In this document: in pieces, positions 26,337-32,000 of the stretch | Layout: every line of letters starts with the position of its first letter | Numbering within the stretch: the stretch's first letter is position 1 | Source: Acholeplasma laidlawii PG-8A | Lineage (GTDB): Bacteria; Bacillota_I; Bacilli_A; Acholeplasmatales; Acholeplasmataceae | Assembly (NCBI RefSeq): GCF_000018785.1 | Contig: NC_010163.1 | Location: 1,260,001 to 1,292,000 of the forward strand | DNA: 32,000 bases | Direction of reading: 5' to 3' | Notes under the pieces: model-generated | Seen by the model: only the letters and a program-made list of their open reading frames with translations | Databases searched by the model: none | Told to the model about the DNA's origin: nothing | Made by a program: the position numbers and the translations under genes

Positions 26337-27324
26337 AGATCTTTTTCACGATACTTTCTAATGAATTTTCTTCTATCTTAATATCTTCAATTGTGTATGT
26401 ATCTATGATTGTTTTTAATACGTCATTCACACTCATTTTTTCTAAATCAAAAGATAGATGGATATAACCTTCTATTTCTTCTATCAAACAATCTTTTGGT
26501 AACATCTCTTTTAACTCAAGGAGTATATTTCTTTCCTTAGTTAAAAAACTAATATGTCTCATATCACCAAATTTAGCTTTGATTTTCTTAATTGGCCCAT
26601 CATATAAGATACTACCTTCATCTAGAATAATTACGCGTTTACATAAGTCTGTAATATCTTCCATATTATGTGTTGTTAAAACAATGGTTGTATGATATTT
26701 TTTATTAATTTCTTTAATCGCCTCAATCATACGATCTTTAACTAGCACATCTAACCCTATGGTTGGCTCATCAAGGAATAAGATTTGTGGGTTATGAATT
26801 AAGCTTGCTGCTAAATCTGCACGCATGCGTTGACCTAAGGATAGTGTTCTAACTGGTTGGTTTAAGAAAGGATCTAGTTCTAATACTGTACTTAAAAATT
26901 TAAAGCGTTCTTCATATGCATCTTTGGGTACATCATAAATCTCTTTTAAGATGACTAAAGACTCAATAAGTGGTAAATCCCACCAGAGTTGTGTTCTTTG
27001 ACCAAAAACAACACCTATTTTATTTAATACGTGTTTTCTTTCTTTAGGATTGTATGGTTTATAACCATCAATCGTAATCACGCCATCTGTTGGTGTTAAG
27101 ATACCGCACATCATCTTGATCGTTGTAGACTTACCAGCACCATTGGCACCAATATAACCTACAATTTCACCCGGTTCTAAACTAAATGATATATCTTTAA
27201 CCGCTGCTACTGTTGTATATTTAAAACTAAACAGTGTTTTAAACATACCAAAAATACCAGGTTCTCTCACTGGTTTTTTAAATACTTTTTTTACGCCTTT
27301 AACTTCAATGATTGGCATATCCAT
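26317..27324 (-). CDS. ABC transporter ATP-binding protein (COG4586-type, with a C-terminal extra domain)
   Basis: 335 aa. Walker A GANGAGKST, signature LSLGQRMRADLAASL, Walker B LFLDEPTIGLD, H-loop TTHNM. RBS AAGAGG. Confidence 0.9.
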   Translation of the reverse strand: MDMPIIEVKGVKKVFKKPVREPGIFGMFKTLFSFKYTTVAAVKDISFSLEPGEIVGYIGANGAGKSTTIKMMCGILTPTDGVITIDGYKPYNPKERKHVLNKIGVVFGQRTQLWWDLPLIESLVILKEIYDVPKDAYEERFKFLSTVLELDPFLNQPVRTLSLGQRMRADLAASLIHNPQILFLDEPTIGLDVLVKDRMIEAIKEINKKYHTTIVLTTHNMEDITDLCKRVIILDEGSILYDGPIKKIKAKFGDMRHISFLTKERNILLELKEMLPKDCLIEEIEGYIHLSFDLEKMSVNDVLKTIIDTYTIEDIKIEENSLESIVKKIYENKQI

Positions 27325-27409
27325 GTACCTCTTGTTCGTGTGTACTTTAATTATAAAATAATTGATAATATTTTACTTGTATTACTTTATGAAACCGCTT
27401 TTATATTTT

Positions 27410-27449
27410 AATAAAGAAAAGGTATACTTCAGTTTTTGAAGTATACCTT
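27410..27449 (-). terminator. Rho-independent terminator of the MarR-ABC exporter operon
   Basis: Perfect 13-bp stem aaggtatacttca (27419-27431) / tgaagtatacctt (27437-27449), 15 nt after the stop at 27465. On the minus strand it is followed by ttctttatt. Confidence 0.7.
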
Positions 27450-27464
27450 AAGTGTTTTACTTAT

Positions 27465-29324
27465 TTATTTTGGATCAAACTGTGAATTGTAAAGTTCAGC
27501 ATAGAAGCCATCTTGACCTAGAAGTGTCTCATGGTTTCCACTTTCTACAATGTCGCCATCTTTCATCACTAAGATTAAATCAGCATTTCTAATGGTAGAT
27601 AGACGGTGTGCAATCACAAATGATGTACGACCAGTCATTAATTCATCCATTGCTTTTTGAATTAATACTTCTGTTCTTGTATCAATGGATGAAGTTGCTT
27701 CATCAAAGATTAATAGCGGTGCATTTAAAATCATTGCACGAGCAATTGTTAATAATTGTTTTTGTCCTGCAGATAGGTTGACCTTATCTGTTAAGATCGT
27801 ATCATATTTTTCTGGAAGGGTATTAATGAAGAAATGAATACCAACAGTTTTACAAATAGATTCTACTTGTTCTCTAGTTACATCTTTATTAGTAAATACT
27901 AAGTTATCATATACGCTACCTTCAAATAACCAAGTATCTTGTAAGACCATACCAAATAGATTATGTACATTTTCACGTGTGATATCTTGAATATCTACAC
28001 CATCAATTAAGATGCGTCCTTCGTTTAATTCATAAAAGCGCATGAGTAGATTGACAAGGGTTGTTTTACCAGCACCAGTAGGACCAACAATTGCAACCTT
28101 TTGACCAGGTTTAATCTTAGCAGAGAAATCATTAATGACTAATTTTTCTTCATCATAACCAAACTTAACATGGTCAAAGGTAACTTCACCTTTGACATTG
28201 GTAAGTTTGGTTTCTTTATGAGATTCATCTTCTAACTCTTTTTCTTCTAAGAATTCAAATACACGTTCAGCAGCAGCTGTACCTGATTGTAGAGAAGTCA
28301 TTGCTTGAGCCATAGTTGATAGTGGTTGAGTAAATAATCTAACATAAATTAAAAATGCTAAGATGACACCAAACTCTGTTTTACCACTTGATACTAAGAT
28401 AGCACCAACAATAATCACTGCTACATAACCAAGGTTACCTACAAAACCCATTAAAGGCATCATGATACCTGATAAGAATTGGGACTTCCATCCACTTTGA
28501 TATAAGTCCTCATTCATTTGATTAAATGTTTCTACTTCTTTAGGTTCTGCAACATATGCTTTCACATTGGTATGTCCTGTATAGATTTCTTCAATGTGAC
28601 CATTTAATGCACCTAATTTTGATTGGAATGTTTTAAAGTATTTTTGAGATCTTGTTACAATTAACATCATAAAGACAAATCCAATTAAGGATGCACCAAT
28701 TGCAGTTAATGCAAGAATCCAGTTAGTAATAAACATCATGACAATCGAACCAATAAACATGGTCACTGCAGTCACTAATGAACCAAATGATTGTTGGTAG
28801 GTTTGACCAACCATGTCCACATCGTTGGTCATACGACTTAAGATGTCACCAATGTTTGTTGTGTCATAATATTTAAAAGGTATTTTATTCATTTTAGTTG
28901 CGATATCTCTTCTAAAGCGATTGGATATTCTTTGAGATACGGTTGTGAGCATAAAGCCTTGAATATAGTTAAAGATAAATCCTAAACTATAGAATATTAC
29001 AAGGGTTAGACCGATACGACCAATAAGTTCCATATTAATGGTTTCACTTGGGAAAATGCCTTGATCAGGTCTAAAGTCCACTGCTTTTGTAATTTCATTG
29101 GTCATTTGTTTAATTAAGTCTGGACCAATAATATTTAATACGGTACCAATAAATGCTAGAACAAAGGCAATACCGATTAATACATGGTATTCTTTTGCAT
29201 AACTAAGCATTTGTTTAAAGGACTTTTTAAAGTTTTTAGCCTTTTGACCTCCGCCCATTTTTCCATGACCAAAGCCAGGATTTTTAGGTGCTGGGTTGTT
29301 ATCGTGATTTTTTTCTTTAGCCAT
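27465..29324 (-). CDS. ABC exporter half-transporter (TMD-NBD), subunit with canonical Walker B/H-loop and degenerate signature motif
   Basis: Start moved to ATG 29324 (RBS GAGGAGGA), overlapping the upstream stop by 8 nt. Six TM helices. Walker A GPTGAGKTT, signature LSAGQKQLL, Walker B LLIFDEATSSID, H-loop IAHRLS. Confidence 0.9.
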   Translation of the reverse strand: MAKEKNHDNNPAPKNPGFGHGKMGGGQKAKNFKKSFKQMLSYAKEYHVLIGIAFVLAFIGTVLNIIGPDLIKQMTNEITKAVDFRPDQGIFPSETINMELIGRIGLTLVIFYSLGFIFNYIQGFMLTTVSQRISNRFRRDIATKMNKIPFKYYDTTNIGDILSRMTNDVDMVGQTYQQSFGSLVTAVTMFIGSIVMMFITNWILALTAIGASLIGFVFMMLIVTRSQKYFKTFQSKLGALNGHIEEIYTGHTNVKAYVAEPKEVETFNQMNEDLYQSGWKSQFLSGIMMPLMGFVGNLGYVAVIIVGAILVSSGKTEFGVILAFLIYVRLFTQPLSTMAQAMTSLQSGTAAAERVFEFLEEKELEDESHKETKLTNVKGEVTFDHVKFGYDEEKLVINDFSAKIKPGQKVAIVGPTGAGKTTLVNLLMRFYELNEGRILIDGVDIQDITRENVHNLFGMVLQDTWLFEGSVYDNLVFTNKDVTREQVESICKTVGIHFFINTLPEKYDTILTDKVNLSAGQKQLLTIARAMILNAPLLIFDEATSSIDTRTEVLIQKAMDELMTGRTSFVIAHRLSTIRNADLILVMKDGDIVESGNHETLLGQDGFYAELYNSQFDPK

Positions 29325-31086
29325 GATTGATTTCCTCCTCTGATAATTGTGATAATGCAATCTCGCGGTAAACATGATTATCTTTAATTAATGTTTCATG
29401 TTTTCCTGAACCTACAATCTTACCTTCATCAATTACTAAGATTAAATCCGCATTCTTAATCGTTCCAATTCTTTGAGCAACAATTAATGTGATGTGATTT
29501 TTAAGATTTGATTTTAATGCATTTCTTAAATTTCTATCTGTTTGATAATCAAGTGCAGAAAAACTATCATCAAAAATTAAGATATCTGCTTCTTTTTGGA
29601 TTGCTCTTGCAATCGATAATCTTTGTTTTTGTCCACCAGAGAAGTTTTTACCTGCTTGAGATACACGTGATTTTTCTTGTTCTTCTAACGATAAAACAAA
29701 GTCACTTGCCTGTGCAATGTGAAGTGCATCTTGAACTGTTTTATCATTATCCACACCATAGTTAACGTTTGTTTGAATCGTTCCACTAAACAGAAAAGCT
29801 TGTTGTGAAATATAGCCAATTTTTGATCTTAAATCTTTTTGATTGTAATCTTTAATATTTACATTATTGATTTTAATTTGACCCTCTGTAACATCATAAA
29901 ATCTAGGAATCAAGTTGATTAATGTTGTTTTACCAGCACCTGTAGCACCGATAATTGCAACTACATCACCCTTATTTGCACTAAAGGATACATTTTCAAG
30001 AACTAAATCAGATGCATCGGGATATTTAAAACTCACATTTTCAAAAGTTAAACTTTCTACTTGTTCTTGTAAGTTTAACTTACCATCTGTAAGCTTAGTT
30101 TTAGTTTGTAGCACTTCTAAAATACGGTTTGCTGATACTTGAGCACGTGGCATAATAACAAATATCATAACGAGCATCATAAATGCCATAATGACTTGCA
30201 TTGCATATTGTGAGAAAATAATCATTGGCCCATATACTTCCATACGAGCTAATAATCCAACCATTGGATTTGTAAGATCTAGTGCGATATCACCAATTAA
30301 TCCGCCACCAATCCAGTAGATCGCAAGCCCCACACCTGACATAACGAGTGTCATAGTAGGCATCATGAAACTCATGATTCTACCTGCAAACAAACTGTCA
30401 TTCATTAAAGTATCACTAATACTGTTGATCTTATCTTTTTGAAACTTTTCAGCATTATAAGCTTTTATAACTCGTAAGCCTGATAAGTTTTCTCTTGAGT
30501 GCTTATTGAGTTCATCTGTATTTTTTTGAATTTTTTTAAATCTTGGCATTGCAAGGAAGATGACCATTAATAAGACAACACTAATAACTAAAATAGCAAC
30601 AACTGTTGATAATGTAAATTCCCATCTAGAGTCAGATATCTTATATATACTCCAAATCGCTAAAATAGGCGCTTTTAAGATGATTTGAGCACCAAGTGAG
30701 ATAATCATCTGAACTTGGTTAATATCGTTTGTAGATCTTGTAATTAAACTAGGTGTTGAAAAGTTATTTATCTCTTCCATTGAAAACTCTGTTGTCTTTT
30801 CAAAAATCTTAGAACGTAGTCTAGCACCAAATCTTGATGAGAGTCTAGCAAAGATTAAACCTACAACAACTGCAGATAATAAACTACCAAATGCAAGTCC
30901 TAACATTTTTAATCCTTCTAATACAATATCCATAAGCACTGCATTTTCACCTAGTGCCATCCTTGAAATATTAAGCATGTATTGTGGTAGTTCTAATTCT
31001 AAATAGACTTGCCCCATAATAAGGACAAGTGAAAATAATATCCACAACCATTCTTTTAATGTAATATGTTTAAGTATTTTAATCAT
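29317..31086 (-). CDS. ABC exporter half-transporter (TMD-NBD), subunit with degenerate Walker B/H-loop and canonical signature motif
   Basis: 589 aa, six TM helices. Walker A GATGAGKTT, signature FSGGQKQRLSIARA, Walker B ILIFDDSFSALD (Asp where the catalytic Glu is expected), H-loop position IVAQRI (Gln instead of His). Confidence 0.9.
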   Translation of the reverse strand: MIKILKHITLKEWLWILFSLVLIMGQVYLELELPQYMLNISRMALGENAVLMDIVLEGLKMLGLAFGSLLSAVVVGLIFARLSSRFGARLRSKIFEKTTEFSMEEINNFSTPSLITRSTNDINQVQMIISLGAQIILKAPILAIWSIYKISDSRWEFTLSTVVAILVISVVLLMVIFLAMPRFKKIQKNTDELNKHSRENLSGLRVIKAYNAEKFQKDKINSISDTLMNDSLFAGRIMSFMMPTMTLVMSGVGLAIYWIGGGLIGDIALDLTNPMVGLLARMEVYGPMIIFSQYAMQVIMAFMMLVMIFVIMPRAQVSANRILEVLQTKTKLTDGKLNLQEQVESLTFENVSFKYPDASDLVLENVSFSANKGDVVAIIGATGAGKTTLINLIPRFYDVTEGQIKINNVNIKDYNQKDLRSKIGYISQQAFLFSGTIQTNVNYGVDNDKTVQDALHIAQASDFVLSLEEQEKSRVSQAGKNFSGGQKQRLSIARAIQKEADILIFDDSFSALDYQTDRNLRNALKSNLKNHITLIVAQRIGTIKNADLILVIDEGKIVGSGKHETLIKDNHVYREIALSQLSEEEINHG

Positions 31087-31088
31087 TT

Positions 31089-31517
31089 TTAACCCTCTTC
31101 TTCTACGGTTATATTTTGCTTAATCTGGTCAATCACTCTAAAGAAGACTTCTAATTCTTCTTTAGAGATATTATCTTTAATTCTATTTTCCATTTCATCA
31201 AATTTTGATTTGATGTTTCGAATAATCTGGATTGATTTTTCGGTGGGTTTTATAATTTTCTTTCTTGAATCTTCTTTATCATCTATGCGAACAACCATAT
31301 CATTTTGCTCCATCGCTTTTAGCATTCTAGAGCATGTAGAACCCCTCATACTAAATGCTTGCTCTAAATCTTTAGAGTTTAAATCTTTATCTTTATGATG
31401 AATTAAGTACTTAACTATTGCAGCTTGCTGCATAGATAAGCTTTCTAGTTCAGATAATTTATGGGTATAACGAACCATTAGGTTCATCAAACTTTTAAGT
31501 TCAAGTCCAATATTCAA
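31089..31517 (-). CDS. MarR-family transcriptional regulator
   Basis: 142 aa. TTG start at 31517, preceded by AAGGAGG with a 7-nt spacer. Winged-HTH region QAAIVKYLIHHKDKDLNSKDLEQAFSMRGSTCSRMLKAMEQNDMVVRIDDKEDSRKKII. The stop lies 2 nt before the ABC exporter ATG. Confidence 0.85.
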   Translation of the reverse strand: MNIGLELKSLMNLMVRYTHKLSELESLSMQQAAIVKYLIHHKDKDLNSKDLEQAFSMRGSTCSRMLKAMEQNDMVVRIDDKEDSRKKIIKPTEKSIQIIRNIKSKFDEMENRIKDNISKEELEVFFRVIDQIKQNITVEEEG

Positions 31518-31544
31518 GTCGGTACCTCCTTATTCATAATATAG

Positions 31545-31586
31545 TTAGCATGCTAATGATTATATAGTTTTTATAGATAATGTCAA
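31545..31586 (-). promoter_or_regulatory. Consensus sigma-70-type promoter of the MarR operon with a 12-bp palindromic operator candidate
   Basis: On the minus strand: TTGACA (plus 31581-31586), a 16-nt spacer, TATAAT (plus 31559-31564), then 2 nt later the perfect palindrome TTAGCATGCTAA (31545-31556) over the expected transcription start. Confidence 0.6.
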
Positions 31587-31654
31587 ATCATTTGTTTTTG
31601 TTTTTTTCATATTCGAAATATCTTTAATTTTTACATAATTAAAGCAATATAAAA

Positions 31655-31700
31655 ATAAAAAACTTACCACATACGAACCGGTAAGTTTTTAAAATTATGT
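31655..31700 (-). terminator. Rho-independent terminator of the right-edge gene
   Basis: aaaaacttacc (31667-31677) pairs with ggtaagttttt (31689-31699). On the minus strand it is followed by ttttttatttttat. It lies 30 nt after the stop at 31730. Confidence 0.65.
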
Positions 31701-31729
31701 AATGGTTTCTATGAGAAAAAATTAACTAT

Positions 31730-32000
31730 TTATGAAAGTTCAATATTATAAGTTCCTAATTCCAAATGGAAGGTACCACCATGCCTGATTGAATACTTAC
31801 TTCTTACTAAGACCCTCACATGATTGGTAGTGTTAATCTTGACTTTTTCTGATTGTCTGATTACACCTTTAGGATCCGTGGATACACCCCAAGTTAAAAA
31901 ACAAGTCACTAATGTTTTGTCAGTTGTTCTACTCACGATTTCTCCATTGTTTATAACTCCAACATAGTGATCATCTAAATATATATAAACAGGAACTAGT
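31730..32000 (-). CDS. 3' end of an unidentified CDS continuing beyond the right window edge (partial)
   Basis: The track lists a 68-aa ORF from GTG 31936, but the same frame stays open to the window edge (...LVPVYIYLDDHYVGVINNGEIV-SRTTDKTL...). The composition is beta-strand-rich and a terminator follows. No family was recognised. Confidence 0.5.
   Translation of the reverse strand, partial: LVPVYIYLDDHYVGVINNGEIVSRTTDKTLVTCFLTWGVSTDPKGVIRQSEKVKINTTNHVRVLVRSKYSIRHGGTFHLELGTYNIELS

Noticed and set aside
2726-31398. Seventeen short ORFs in the track that lie antisense to, or nested within, long conserved genes: 2726..2941, 5202..5450, 7376..7597, 8053..8250, 8539..8730, 13993..14184, 14883..15152, 16353..16571, 17219..17602, 19927..20289, 20928..21227, 22119..22304, 23831..24079, 25795..26013, 29508..29765, 29915..30142 and 31210..31398.
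   Set aside because: Each is fully or mostly embedded in a gene with clear family motifs. Their products are low-complexity or Leu/Phe/Ser-rich, typical of antisense frames in AT-rich DNA. None has a recognisable RBS or a family motif. I treat them as non-coding.
31580-31627. A 15-codon plus-strand mini-ORF (MSNHLFLFFSYSKYL) in the MarR upstream region, considered as a possible leader peptide or type I toxin. Similar 7-15-codon ORFs occur in the 6175-6421 and 23410-23595 spacers.
   Set aside because: It has no RBS and lies on the opposite strand from the operon it would regulate. It overlaps the -35 box, and ORFs of this length are expected by chance.
31730-31936. A stand-alone 68-aa gene with a GTG start, as listed in the ORF track.
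   Set aside because: The reading frame stays open upstream of the GTG all the way to the window edge (32000), and no RBS precedes the GTG. It is more likely the 3' end of a longer gene truncated by the window.
1-32000. Possibility that the organism uses genetic code 4 (TGA = Trp), as in Mycoplasma or Spiroplasma.
   Set aside because: Conserved proteins (SufB, SufS, SufC, AsnA, the ABC ATPases) are full length under the standard code. Trp in conserved motifs is TGG, and at least one gene (stop at 25512-25514) ends at TGA at the expected length. The standard code applies.
1-32000. CRISPR arrays, tRNA or rRNA genes, IS elements or transposases, integrases, prophage genes, and toxin-antitoxin, restriction-modification or other defence systems.
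   Set aside because: All intergenic gaps are 250 nt or shorter and are accounted for by promoters and terminators. I saw no spaced direct-repeat arrays, no GC-rich structured RNA-like segments and no inverted terminal repeats. No ORF has nuclease, recombinase or methyltransferase motifs.

Overview
This is a low-GC bacterial chromosome segment that uses the standard genetic code: conserved genes are full length with TGA as stop. Gene content, Cys-lipobox lipoproteins and insertion-laden Opp subunits suggest an Acholeplasma-like Mollicute or a related low-GC Firmicute. I cannot verify the taxon without a database search. Almost all genes lie on the minus strand.

Left to right:
- A surface Big_2 + SGNH-hydrolase lipoprotein.
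- A complete sufC-sufD-sufS-sufU-sufB Fe-S assembly operon.
- An orphan membrane protein.
- A complete oppA-B-C-D-F oligopeptide ABC importer.
- A small DUF3899-like membrane protein.
- A large S41-peptidase-like lipoprotein with an N-terminal Listeria/Bacteroides-type repeat.
- A divergent TetR regulator and a small polytopic membrane protein.
- asnA.
- A lipoprotein gene split by one frame break.
- An LtaS-family membrane enzyme.
- An 8-kb co-directional run of export and detoxification genes: MarR plus a heterodimeric ABC exporter, a three-gene ABC-2 transporter, a DUF2179/UPF0316 protein and a VOC/glyoxalase-fold protein.

Hairpin terminators and several consensus-like promoters are readable in the intergenic regions.

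I found no rRNA or tRNA, CRISPR array, transposase or integrase, phage genes or recognisable defence genes. I found no convincing novel multi-gene system, and the window reads as mostly ordinary housekeeping and transport.

The items most worth a second look:
- The split lipoprotein gene, whose expression signals are intact.
- A histone-H1-like Lys/Ala/Pro tail and a coiled-coil insertion on OppF.
- The S41-like lipoprotein, which appears to lack the canonical catalytic Lys.
- The LtaS-family enzyme, with Ser at the position I align to the nucleophile.
- The stacked efflux/detox cluster, which includes an uncharacterised ABC-2 system.

All family calls were made by eye from motifs, not from searches.
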